A stretch of 64,000 nucleotides of DNA from Bugula neritina (Eukaryota; Animalia; Bryozoa), in assembly GCA_964035545.1 (NCBI GenBank), contig OZ037767.1:6030707-6094706 (forward strand), in the 5' to 3' direction. Shown here one piece after another: positions 24,626-37,446 of this stretch. The notes beneath the pieces are model-generated. The model did not search any database. It was not told the DNA's origin and worked only from the letters and a program-made list of their open reading frames with translations. Both the position numbers and the translations under genes were made by a program. How positions within the stretch are numbered: position 1 is the stretch's first letter; every line of letters starts with the position of its first letter.

Positions 24626-27600
24626 GCTAGCTTGATTAAACCATATGGTAAAAAACCATCTGCATAAAACATACCATATATGGTAATACATGCAATCTTG
24701 CAGCCCATGACTGACTAATCATAACACTTATGACTCATGTAACTCATTTTTATTATCTGTGGACAATTTTGTCCAATGAATAACAAAAACAAGCAAACAA
24801 TGCTAGCTGTATGCAGTATTTGCTTAGGCACACAATTCAATAGCCTTTTTATTTATGAAGGCAGCTAATCCAATTCTAACTAGTTGATACAACAACTTTG
24901 TAAAAGCTTGGGCATGTTTTACATCATTCAAAACTAGTGAACAATATAAACTGCAAAATAATCTTCCTAATTTTGGATATAATTACTAAGTTTGGTGTAA
25001 ACTTTTATGCAAGATATTAAAATGTAGACAATGGAAGGTGGAGCACTATAATCTTGTTTTCTTTATGCGTGTAAAACAATGCATTGTTTATATTTAGCCA
25101 TGTAATGGTTTGGTGCATATAATGCTAAAAATGCATGCGTCACGCTAGCTCATGACCTCAATGAAATGTGACATGTGGAGATGATAGTATAGATTGTTCA
25201 GTAACTTAGGTTTATATTTAGGTCTACACTCACAAACACATGCAGACAACATAGTGTTGCGGATAACACGGTATAATTGTATATTATTTAAATTTTATTA
25301 AATACACAAGGGTTCATCATGCTATTAGCATATTATAAATTATATTTAGCAAAGTATAAAAATCGCGAGGTAACAGATTGCGGAGAAAGGGTCATCTACC
25401 TCATGATTTATTCAACAAGATATAACTAGATAGCAAACTTACATGGAAAAAATTGTGCTATAAACTCTACTTTTGAAAACCAATATAAAATAAGCATAAA
25501 TGATCATTTCAACAACTCTAATGTGTAGTGTTAACATGGCTGCTCTGTCAAAGCATTTGGATTGAAGGTTGAAACCTAATACAATCTTTATTTATTATAC
25601 AAGTTTAATGTATCACCTCTCTATAAATTACATTTCAAAACTGATTTCCTTATTTTGTATGTTGAGTGATTAGCGAAATTTCAAACAGCCAACATCGCTT
25701 GAGGTAAAAGAAGTTCATACTCTGTGTATACAGCTCACAGGTTGTGATTATAAGCAGATATGATGTTGTCTAGCAACGGAGTTGCCTTCCCAGTTTTCTG
25801 ATGAGCTGAACCCAACTTTACAGCAAATTGACACAAACCCGGTTTAGTAAACAAAAAGCATAGTAAAGTGTGTCCATGGCAACACAAAATCACACACATT
25901 TACTACATCACATCAAGAATGTATTTCTAAAATAACACATATAATATTATAAACTTAATTCAATATACAGTAAACACATGGCAGATTAAGATTACTCGCA
26001 AATATAGTTAATTAAGCCAGAAACTATTGTTTAGACAATAAAATAAAATTGGTAACCAAATCTACATCACAGCTCAGGCTAGCAATTGATTGTACTACTA
26101 ATTTTATTGGTTGATATTCAATTTATCATGTATCAGATTATAAAATCATATTAATTTTATATAATATTAGTTTTATAAAATATTCCATTTCTTTAGCTTT
26201 ACAGCAGACTAACAGCGTAAAACTTTAGACTTATTCTCTCCTGACCTGCAATCTTGTTTAAAGTGGTTGACATAATTTATAATATATAATTACATTATTA
26301 CATCAGAACATTATTGCTACATAGGTTAAATATCACTCATGCAGTTGGTACATATTGCTCATACAGTTTTCAAGTTTATTATTTATCTGTTGGGTATTAA
26401 AAAGGTTTGCATTAACTTTATCCATAAAAGTGGGCTAAAAACTTTTGCCACTTATGCAAATGACATACTTAAAATATACTGAGCCAATTTGATTTCTTAA
26501 TTTTTTTGATAAATGGACGTCAAAATTTATGAATGAGCCGATAATTCCAAGCAACTTTTTGTTACGAAATATCCAGACATAAGATAGAGATTTGTTAATA
26601 TGCTTTGACAAGATTTATCTCCACCTTTTCTCTAATCTCGTTATCATAAACCATCTATTAACATTTGCAGTTTAGACATCAAAATACTGGATTACAAAAT
26701 ATTATAAAATGAATTGTAACTAAAAAATTTAACTATTAGAGAAGAGGTGAAGAAACAATAAATTATTTGGACAAAACTGTAATTATTTTATAATGATACA
26801 TGTTTAGCCGTACGTTCTGTACTTGTAGATTGAACTCTTTCAGCCCTTTTGACTCATCTCAGAGTTTTGCGTACCAATATGGTATTCGGAGTGGACATGA
26901 CTTGTGCTGACATTGACAAGTTGTATATAGATTACCATGGCCATGGTTTAATGGGAAGACAAATCCTGAAACAGCTACTGTCCACAAATATACATGATAT
27001 AGATAGTGTAGATCATAGATTATTGCCAGCTCAATGAAATTTCTCACCTTATCAAATAAAATACTAAAACTAAAATATTTTACTGGTATCTTTACTGGCG
27101 TGTGAACTATATAAAAATAGCTATGTCAAGAAAAATATTTTTCATGCAGACTTATCCTTAAAAAGGAGTGTCATAAGACTTTATTCAGGCCCACTTGGAA
27201 AGTGAAGATTATTTATACAAGCGATTAGACACAATGGAAATGCACTGGTTATGCTTTACATTACGACATGGCTTGCTTTTTCTCCTGCTGTAATTATCAG
27301 ACTATACTCTAAACTGTTTTATACTAAACTACAGCTCCTGATATATGATAGGCGCTCAGCGAAATATTGAAATTAGCATATTATATAAGTACTATAGCTA
27401 GTATTAGCATACTATAAGTAGAAGGACATATAATCTATGACAACCTCTCGGTTGAAAGTCAAAAGGTAAGAGTGCTCACACATGATTATTTTTACTTGAA
27501 TAAAATTCTAGTGTACAAACCACAGTTTTACTTTTTACTTTTTACTTTTTACTTCGCTGTTATTATTGCATATATTTACCAATATTTCTATTCATGTACA

Positions 27601-27794
27601 ACTTTATAGAAGCCAAGACCAGCATTAGTTTTGTTTTAATAAAAATTCTAGCTATCAAAATATTCTTAACTAGTTTAAACTGAAACTTTCAATATAAGAT
27701 GCATGTAGAAATTTTTTGTTACTGAAGTTGGCTTAGTTCTTTAAAATGGAAAAGTATGTAAGTTTTGTAGCTTACTCAAAACCGAAGAGGCATA

Positions 27795-30700
27795 ATGAAA
27801 AAGGGAAAGTTAAAAATCGTAACAAGATTGAAGATACAACGAAATGCACTCAGTTTTATTTGGAGACACGGGTTCTATATTTGGTTGACACTCATCACTG
27901 TTTACCTCGCCTTTACTATCTTTCTCAACATCTGGCAAATGAAGGTAACACTAATCTACATAAACAGGTTACTAACTTAGTTGACGTAGATAAATGGCTC
28001 AGTTTCTACAGGAAGTAGATAACTGCACAGGAAACTCAAATGTCTGTCATACACTTTAATACAACACTTTGGTTCCGGAGATTGTGAGGAGTAATTAGGA
28101 TTAAGTTTTCTCACCAGATTTCTAACAGCAGTAATATGTTTTTTAGAGTGTAACGCGACAAACTTAAGCAGTTTGGGTGGTCCATCCACCAATTTAATCA
28201 CGAATCATTGACTGCAGTATCTTTTTGTCCTTTGAGTGCTATAAAATATAATATACTCTTCTTAAAGAAGCAGGGTGGCTCAGTTTAGTATTATATAACT
28301 AACTCATTTAGTGTATCTAACCAGTTAGGTACCAGGCTGTTCTTGTTAAACAAATACTCACTCTTCTTAAGCAATCAATGATTATTTGCCAAAAGAATAT
28401 ATAATAAGCAGCCCTTCTGTATACTTAGATATATAGTACTGAATGCTGCTGCCACTGCTGCTGCAACTGCTGCTGCTGCATTGTATTGTGTTGTATTGTG
28501 TTGACAAAAACATAGGAATTATAATAAATTTAGAATTTCTAAAATGTTGCCCTTTTGACTTTGCAATTTCTCGCTTAGCTAAAGATTTATTTAGCGCCAC
28601 ACCAATTATTATGTTAACTTTGAACAAAAGTATTTGCCCATGTTTTATTCTTCATCGAATTTGTGTTTATATAGATGTTGTCGTTGTTGCAAGTGTTACT
28701 TGCTTTTATTGCATGACCTATATTTTCAGCCTCTGCAACTTATATTTGGAACGGTATAAATATAATGTTATTTAATTTTAGCTGATGGAAATACATTGAG
28801 TTATCTATTAACGGAGTTTGGGGTTCATTCAAAGCAGATTCATTGTAGAAATGTTATAAAATGTGTTATTCTAATATATGCATGTAGTTGGTATTGTATT
28901 ATATATTCAACTATCTACTGCTTCAAGTCTTTCTAGTTTAAGTTAATTATTGATATATTTAGTTGCATTGAATGAAACTTGCTTACACATAACAAATGAT
29001 AAACCTTACTCAATGTGTTTCCAACAGCTCAGAATTTCTCTGCTCTATTTTTTTCTGTTACTCCTGACTCTGTAACTTTTAGTACTCTACTTTTTAACTC
29101 TACAACTCTTGACTCTGTGCGTAACTTTTACCCTCTAAACACACTTTGCTGTAATGTAGGCCGTAACAGCAAATGTCAGCCGTTTTTAATAATGTCTGAG
29201 CTTCCCATATGCACTACGGTACGTTAGGATCAAGCACTGCTTGATTAAAAAAAGTTTCGTCTAGCCCATATTGGACAGGGAGACGTTTGCGTCAACTCAT
29301 TGGATATAAGTGTCCAATGAGGTGTCGTAGATCGTATCCAGGAGCAGACTTAGGAACTTCAGACCAGACACATTAAAAATGGCTGACATTTTATTTTGCA
29401 GCCTACGTTATGAAAAGGAGGTACACTCTGCAACTTTTACCTCTTTTATACTTTTAACTTTGCATTTTTTAGCTATGCGACTTTTAGCTATGCAACTTTT
29501 AACTCTGCAATTTTTAACCCTGTTTGCAACTTTAAATTAAAAACTATATATATATATAACTAATAATTCTGTAACTTTTAGCACGCTTGAAAATTACCAA
29601 TTTTGAAAGTTCTTATTTTCAACTCTCTGTTATTTAATCATATTAACAAATGCTGCAACCTCTCTATGTAACTAGATTTTTATTTTATCTGCATGATGGA
29701 CTGATTACAACATCTATACCCTGACACGCATCATGCTTGTAACTTTCCTTGCAGCCTTATTCACCTTAATGACTGCTAAAATTCCGCATCCAACAATATT
29801 AAAATATTAATTATTTCTAAATTAGAAAAAGGAATAAGTTTACTTTATATGCCATTTGATAATTATAAAAAGAAATCTAAAAAAAATTAAGTCTTAAAGC
29901 AAGTTTTGCCAAAATTTATAGTCAAATAGATCCTCAAACATTAACAAAAAAACCTTAAAACCATCTGCAAAATATTTCTCAACACATTGAGGTAAAAATT
30001 TATAGCTATTTCGAACATATTGCTCATATACTGTACAGAGTATATGATTTTTAAAATATTATAAATGCTAGTATATAAAGCTTGTATTGAGTAGCGCCCT
30101 TGCCAGATACTCCCATTGTTTAGTGTCTGTAGTGCAACCTTGTGAAGCTACATGTATGTATAATAAAACATTCTAAGCTGTATGATAAATGATAGCTGAA
30201 TCAACATAGTCTGTCATATTAGTTATTACTATCAAGCATTCCATAATATATTTTCAACTATAATGTTGAATGTAAAGATCTTTGGGACATGTTTTTATAG
30301 AATCCACATTTGTCCACATTTGCAAGGAAAACATGCATGATTATGTATCAATAAAACTTTCATTTCTACTAATAGGTTGTGGGCCATAGCTACATAAACA
30401 TAAACATGTATACACTAAAATTAATGCAATGTTATAATTGATTTATTCCAGATATATGATACGCACAACTATATTAATATTTTAATTATTAGAAATACTT
30501 ATTTTTCAAATTTGTATTAATACATCAAGCTCATTGACCTTCAGAATATTTGGCATATAAATGTATCATGAGAATTTTACTAGAGCTCAGTGGAATTATT
30601 TATAACTCTTACATTACAGGAACTGAATTTTCAAGTGAGAAATGGACAGAGACTGTTTACTCTGCCATCAAAACATAAACTAAGGGAACAGGTGGTATAC

Positions 30701-32339
30701 CACCCTAATAATAAGAATCAAAAATACAGACTAAGAGAGCAGGTGGTATACCACCCTATTAACAAGAATACAATCAATGTAGAGACGTCAAATATAGAAA
30801 AAAGAGTTGCAGTGAAGAAGAAAATGGCCCCAAAACCTGAAGCATATCAAAATCCACTTCCACAAAGTCATAAAGTGGTACAAAAAGAAGGTCACAGAAG
30901 AAGTGCCTCACAAGTCTTGTCACATCACTTACCTAGCAGCCTATTAGCAGCTGCCAAGACTGCTAACCAATCAAATAATGCTGTCAAGACTGCTAACCAA
31001 TCAAAGAAGGCTGCAAAAGTAGTCAACCAATCTAATAGTGCTGCAAAGACTGCTAGCCAATCAAATAATGCCACCAAAACTGTCAACCAAGCGAATCAAG
31101 CTGTCAGGACTGCTAATCAACCAAAGAAGGCTGCAAAGGTAGCCAACCAATCAAACAGTGCTGCAAAGACTGCTAGCCAATCAAATAGTGCCACCAAAAC
31201 TGTTAACCAATCGAATAAAGCTGTAAAGACTGATAACCAACCGAAGAAGGCTGAAAAGGCTGCTAACCAATCGAATAAGGCTGTCAAGGCAGTTAACCAA
31301 TCAAAGAAGGAACCAAAGACAAACTTGAAGCACAGCGAAAATATGCAGCACCCGAAGAAGCCTTTGCCTGCTAAACCAGCGAATATAACCACAACACTTC
31401 TACCTCATCAAAAAGGTAGGCAACATTGCTGCCAATACAGCTGCTGCCAACGAGTTATGGCAATGGGCTATGGGCATCTGGAACTTGTTAACTTGCAAAA
31501 CAAACCTAATTGTACATATTAGTGAATTTATTATAGCACAGTCACTTACAGTGAATACTTTATGTATATTACAGAATTGAAAAATATTTTGGAGTTGGAG
31601 TTTTCTGCATAGTATGATGGAAGTAGATTATTATTGAATACAATACAGTTCTTTTTACCCACCAGTAGCCTCAGTTTATCAAGCTAACACCTGGTTTTCT
31701 TAGCTTCACTGAGCAGTTTATACAGCAATAGTCACAATATCTAAATCTGTTCAACTTTTTAACAACAAAATATACTTATTGATAATCATATAATTAGGAT
31801 GCATAATATAATGACAAAAACTGTGTTGATAGTTTGCACAAACTCTATGCTTATATTATATATTGTATATTGTATATACTATATATACTATATTGTATAT
31901 ATATTGTAAAGTGTATATTTCACTGATTATAATTATAGTACTTGTGTAAGCTAACCTCTAGATTATTGAAAAGTACATGTATGATGTTTACGTTCATCTT
32001 TACAATGATTTGTAGACTTTCTAGGAACTGAAGGCAAAATCATATTACTGTGGACAAAACTTACGGCTAGAAAACCGTTGTGGAATTTCAGAACCTGGTC
32101 ATTGAAAAAGTGTCCATACAAATGTCAGATAACTGGAGACAGACGCTTCTTGAACCAATCATCTCTTGTGTTATTTAGGTGAGAGGCGGCCATTGCTTTG
32201 GGTTGTTCAATTAATTTATTAATTTGTTGAAAAATTATAAGCTAACTCTTCAGTATAAATTTGTTATAGGCTACAATAAAATAGCTTGATAAGCATTTTA
32301 CAGTGAAAAGAAAACGTGACAGTTATATATGTATATAGG

Positions 32340-32408
<69 letters not shown>

Positions 32409-34337
32409 CTTAGAACAGTTTACAGCAATATATATTATGACATACTTTAATAATACTTGATAAGCATATACATATATGGAGGACAATGTATATTTGTATA
32501 ATTTAGACTAAGAATGGTTAGAGCCAGAAAAGACAAACCATCATTGAGATCCTATGCTGAAGCATACGACATGAATGATATGCCCCGACAGAAATATCCA
32601 AACCAAGTTTGGGTTGATGTAAATCAGGTATCATTTGTCTGATAAATTAGAAGTTGTGTCTCATACACTTCACTCAAATTTTCATATTGCAACTTGTAGT
32701 CAAATATAAATAAATTTTTTCTCTCGGTTTATAATTTTTCAGTTTCCAGTTTAAAATTAACTTGTAAAATAATATACCAAATACAGAATCTACACATAAT
32801 ATATATTGGGAAGATGCATTTTAGCAGGTTAGTGAACTATTAATTTTAAGAGAAACAACTTTCAAAACTTTAAGTTTTAGCTCTTGGACAACATTTTTAT
32901 TTTAATCGTAGGAATACCATAACTTTCTATTTTCTCAACACAATTATTACTATTATAGATATTGGTTAGAGTATTATGGTTTTGGTAGTTAGTGTTTTTC
33001 AAATGCTTGTAAAATGTTAGAGTATTATGGTATTATGTTAGTGTATTTGCAAGTCAAATGCTTGATGTGATACTTGATAAAGTTCGGTTATAGTTGAAAA
33101 CATTTGATTTGATAATTTCAAAATTTCAACTGTTTTTGACAGTTTAATATTTAGTTAAGGAAAACAAAACTGACCTTAATTAAGTGAATGCTTATATCCA
33201 ACTCAATGTCTTTCCAACACAACCAGTTTAAGATAGCTAAGTTAAATTTTGTAATATGACTGCCTATTGAGTTATGGCTATGAAGATGTTTGGAATATTG
33301 ACATCAAAAATTGAAGGAAGAAAAGTTACTTTATTTTGGCTATTACAGTATTTTAAGCCATTTTTTTCATTTTAAGTCGTAGTTTTGCTCTTATTGTCAG
33401 GAGTCTCCAATCTATTCCCACTCTGATGAAGAGTTGGCAGAAGTAGACAAATCATTTGATTATATCGTCTCATATCATAGCCAGTCGGATTACACATACG
33501 ATTACAAGTTATTACAAAAAAAGAAAACAACTCCAAGTAAACCTATTAATTATGCAGCCAACAAAACAAAAATGGCTCTATGGTAAGTAAAGAGTATATT
33601 ATTAGTATTTTTTCAGGTAATATTTCAACTGACAATTGGAAAAAATAAATGTATTATTATGTTATTTCAGTATGTTTACGGGTTAATAAATTTTGCTCCT
33701 TCTTTATTAGTTAGAGTTTCTAAGTGTTACCTTGCAGCATATATCATGAGAAATTGCTGCTCTATATTTTAGGTACGTTTCTCATTGCAATGCTGCTTCT
33801 GGTAGAGATGATTACGTAAAGCAACTTCAGAAGTATAACGTAACAGTTGATATATTTGGGAGTTGTTCGCACAAAAAAGATGGATGTGGAAACAAGTCCG
33901 ACTATGAATGTTTAAACAAACTTAAATCTCAATACAAATTCTATTTGGCTTTTGAGAACAGTATATGCAACGAGTATATCACTGAAAAATACTGGAACAC
34001 TTTAAACTCAAATACCCACATGATTCCAGTCGCACTGGGCGCACGACTACAAGACTACGTAACGCTATCTCCCCCAAACTCATTCATTCATGTTGCAAAT
34101 TTTACTGGTGCTAAAGAACTTGCAAACTATTTGATAACTTTGGACAGAGACGATGATAAGTTTAATCTTTACCATAAATGGAGAGAAAATTATGAACTGT
34201 ATGCTGACAAAAAAGAAAAGTTTGACTGTTGGCTTTGTAGAATGGCGTACGAACAACCGCCTAGAATTAGAGACTCGTATTCAAAGTTTTGGAGCAGAGC
34301 AAAACTTTGCAAGGATATGTTAGACCCTCAAGTGTAG
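27795..34337 (+). CDS. GT10 alpha-(1,3)-fucosyltransferase, type II membrane protein; exons 27795-27944, (28730-28753 possible micro-exon), 30620-31415, 32016-32178, 32507-32627, 33401-33582, 33773-34337
   Basis: Catalytic exons read KIILLWT...CPYKCQITGDRR, QVWVDVNQ/ESP, ALW/YVSHC...RDDYVKQLQKY.VDIFGSC, YKFYLAFENSICNEYITEKYW, PPNSFIHVANF. Exon 1 gives a basic tail plus TM helix (FYIWLTLITVYLAFTIFLNIW). All phases join. The two 5' exons are less certain than the catalytic ones. Confidence 0.85.
30950..31309 (+). repeat. Coding minisatellite, 12 x 30 bp (AAKTANQSNK-type decapeptides) in the fucosyltransferase stem
   Basis: Exactly 360 bp in frame, with a 120-bp higher-order period. Confidence 0.9.
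32342..32407. repeat. (TA)n microsatellite
   Basis: Pure TA run in an intron. Confidence 0.97.
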
Positions 34338-35099
34338 TTTCTACATATTATTTATAAGGCAAGCAGTTTGGCTTCTTAGTTATGCAGCATCCACGAAGTT
34401 CTATGTAAGCGTCTGATTAGATGTGCAATAATTCTATTATTTTATATTTTCATAATTAGGCTCTTCTGGTCTTCTGCTTTATTCCCACTTACTCTGATTA
34501 TAGCTATTGCTCAAAATCAACTTGATTATGTTTTTTCGGCTAATATATTTTTAGATTACATATTAAGCTATGTTATATAACATGTTGACATATGATTTAT
34601 CAACACTTCGAAAGTTGTCGGTCATGTTATTAGTTTTTAGCAAGCTTTTACTGGTGGTTACCACGAACATCAGGTCTATGCAATAATTTGTGAGAAAAAT
34701 ATCAAAATATAGTTTTAATTATATAATATTATTCTACCAAGCCAGCCTTGGTCAGACTGTGTTCAGGCAACCAGTTGTACAACAAGAGGTTAAAGTCTTT
34801 GACTAAAAAGAAACTGAAAAAATTAATCTCATTTGGTTACTAAATTTTTAACCAAGTATATTTCAAATATTGAAAATACCATCTTCAAAAGCTTTCGTTC
34901 ACAACGCATATGTCAAAGTAGCAAATTATCACAAAAATAAACTGCAGAAAAAATTATGCAATAAGTAAATAAGTGTCAAAAAAAGTAAAAAGTGTTCAAA
35001 ATGCGGCTAATTTAACAAAAAATAAGTGCAAACAAATATGGCAAAAATATAAAATGAATGCCTCATAAAAGAAATCAGTTGAAAGATCATAAAAATACT

Positions 35100-37446
35100 T
35101 CAGGGCAGCTTCTTCCCACCCCCAACTATTGTTCTACTATTAATGGGTTTCCTGGCTATAAGTAGGTTATTCTTAGTCAGTTCTCCCATGGCTAGCTGAA
35201 TGCACTTGTCAATGCTTTTACCTTTAGTAGTAAGCATATGATCGTTATAACTGTCAGTAGAAGTTGATGTCATCTTAGAAACATCTCGTATACATCTAGT
35301 AGTCCACAATGAAATACGCTTTCGCAAGTTTTTTACTTCTTGTCTATAATAAGCAGTGTTACTATTCACAATGTCATCTAACTTCTTACTAAAATGAGCA
35401 TATAGAAGCATGTCTGCCCAATTCAATTGTTCAGCTAGAGATCTTTGCTGGTCAGAATAAGAGGGAACAACTTCAGCGGCAGGTGAACTTATAGATGATT
35501 TAATGTATATGATATCTTCAGTGGTCCAGTTTAACAGATCCCTCATTACGATGAGTGATTCCTCTAATCTTTCTAATATTATAACCATTGAAAACTTTTT
35601 ATCTAGCTGCTCAATTTTTTTCCTGACTGCTCGATTAGCAACATGACTGGAAGAAGATAACTCTAAGGTTTTGAGCCCCAAATCAAACAATTGTCCATTA
35701 ATCAACCAGGAGGCACTGTGAAGTGAACAATTCTTAGTCAAAGCCTCTTTGCTGGGACTAGAGGAAAACTCGGTGATTGTCATGTTAGGACAACTCCTAG
35801 CTGATAGGTGAGTGTATGAAGACAGGAGCTGGTCAGCAGGGTGACTCAGAGATGTCAGGTATTGAGTGTCTTTGGGCATGTACCGCAGCATCGCCTCTGA
35901 AAACCTTCAACAAAGTAATATATGTTAGTGAATAGAAGATTCAAACCCCTTCACCACTTATCAACTAGTAATGCTAGCGAGTGTTGATTGATTGATTGAT
36001 TTATTCATTGCATATCACAGACATGACAACATGTTGTGAACTTCAGTGTAAATACTGGCTATAATATAAATAGGCATGACAAAAATGAAAGAAAAGTAAA
36101 AAATCTGTTGGATAATTTAAAATAAAAGATCATTTAAAGTGGATAGTTTTATTGTTACTGCTGTCGTTGTGAATAGTGTACTGTATTGCTATGAATTACG
36201 AGTTAGTATTATTTTTAGTATTAGAGTATCATTCAAGTGAGAGAATTGGTAATAAATCTACTCTTTAAACTAAACAATTTCCCAGTTACTGCATCACAAT
36301 TTTTACAGCTGCTACTATGTCAGTGACTGTACGAGAAGAAGCTTTTATTCTACCAAAATAGATAAGGATTACTGTTTATACATAAATCATTTTCACTTAC
36401 ATCTCACCTTTATATCTACACTAGTACCAGTATAATCAAATACGAAAGATACATTACAGATTCCCACAATCCTTTAGTACCATTATATTCATGATTACCT
36501 TCATAGCAAATACAAAATATGTTCCTAACGCAAGCTAACCACTATTTAGATCATGATCTATAGCAAATATTTCATAAATACACTATTTTCACTACCTGCA
36601 GCTCAAAATTGATATTAAATTTGCACAAGTTAGCAACAGTGCATGAGGCAGCATACCTGCTATAATGGCACAGAACATCAGGTTTAGGAGGTGTGGCATC
36701 AGTTGGAGCAAAGGATTTTGGCCACCCGAGATTATTTCCTGTATGAGCGGCAGGTAAAGCTACGGTTAGGTTGTGATTGAGGGCAAAGTTCACTATGATA
36801 GACCAGATGGTAGAGCTCCCCTTATTGTGGGTTTTTATATAAGCTATATGGGTAACGGGCTGACGGGAAATCTTCTGTACTGAGAGTGAGGCCAACTCTG
36901 AAAGAGAAACACGTAATAACGGTATATAATATAAACAAGTGACCATATTTGCATTAATTTATCACAAATATAACTGTAGGCTATGCATGATAAACCTGGG
37001 AGTTACCTCCTCAATTACAATAAGCTTAATACTGCCTAACCAAACAAAAACATATTTGAGAATGACTGGAAAATTAATTTTTCGACAAAACAACCATAAT
37101 TTTGCACTATAGTCTACTGTTTATTATCTATCTCAAAATACAATGTGCAATAACTTCGTTTAGAGACAAGGCAATATAACGCATGAGCAGACAACACTTG
37201 GAAACTATGAGTCATGATTTCATTACAAGTCTACAAACCTGAGGTATTGTTACTAAAACTTCCAAAGAATTTCTCTTTTACTTCTAAGAAATTGTGATAA
37301 ATATGAGATCTGTAATAAAACGTGACCACTACGCAGCAGATTGTGAATCCTATAAAAGCAACTAGAAGCTTCTTCTTTTTTTCCTTGTCCAGATTAGCCA
37401 ATCCGGTAGAGGCTAGCACCCAAACTAGTATGATACACACGGGCAT
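35100..37446 (-). CDS. Galactose-3-O-sulfotransferase (GAL3ST) family protein, about 417 aa; exons 37446-37239, 36897-36657, 35904-35100
   Basis: HIAYIKTHNKGSST...FALNHNLTVALP, LCHYSR/F, NGQLFDLG, FSMVIILERLEESLIVMRDLLNW..EDI, NWADMLLYAHF match GAL3ST blocks; N-terminal TM; phases 1 and 2 join. Confidence 0.88.

Noticed and set aside
27746-28018. 90-aa ORF
   Set aside because: The overlapping frame 27795-27944 gives the expected type II anchor and a phase-compatible donor.
28382-28775. Opposing ORFs with poly-L/poly-S
   Set aside because: Driven by (CTG)n and TATTG simple repeats in an intron; no family similarity.
31117-31392. Hydrophobic repeat ORF on the minus strand
   Set aside because: Antisense shadow of the fucosyltransferase stem repeat.
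32298-32486. ORF with (YI)n
   Set aside because: Translation of a TA microsatellite.
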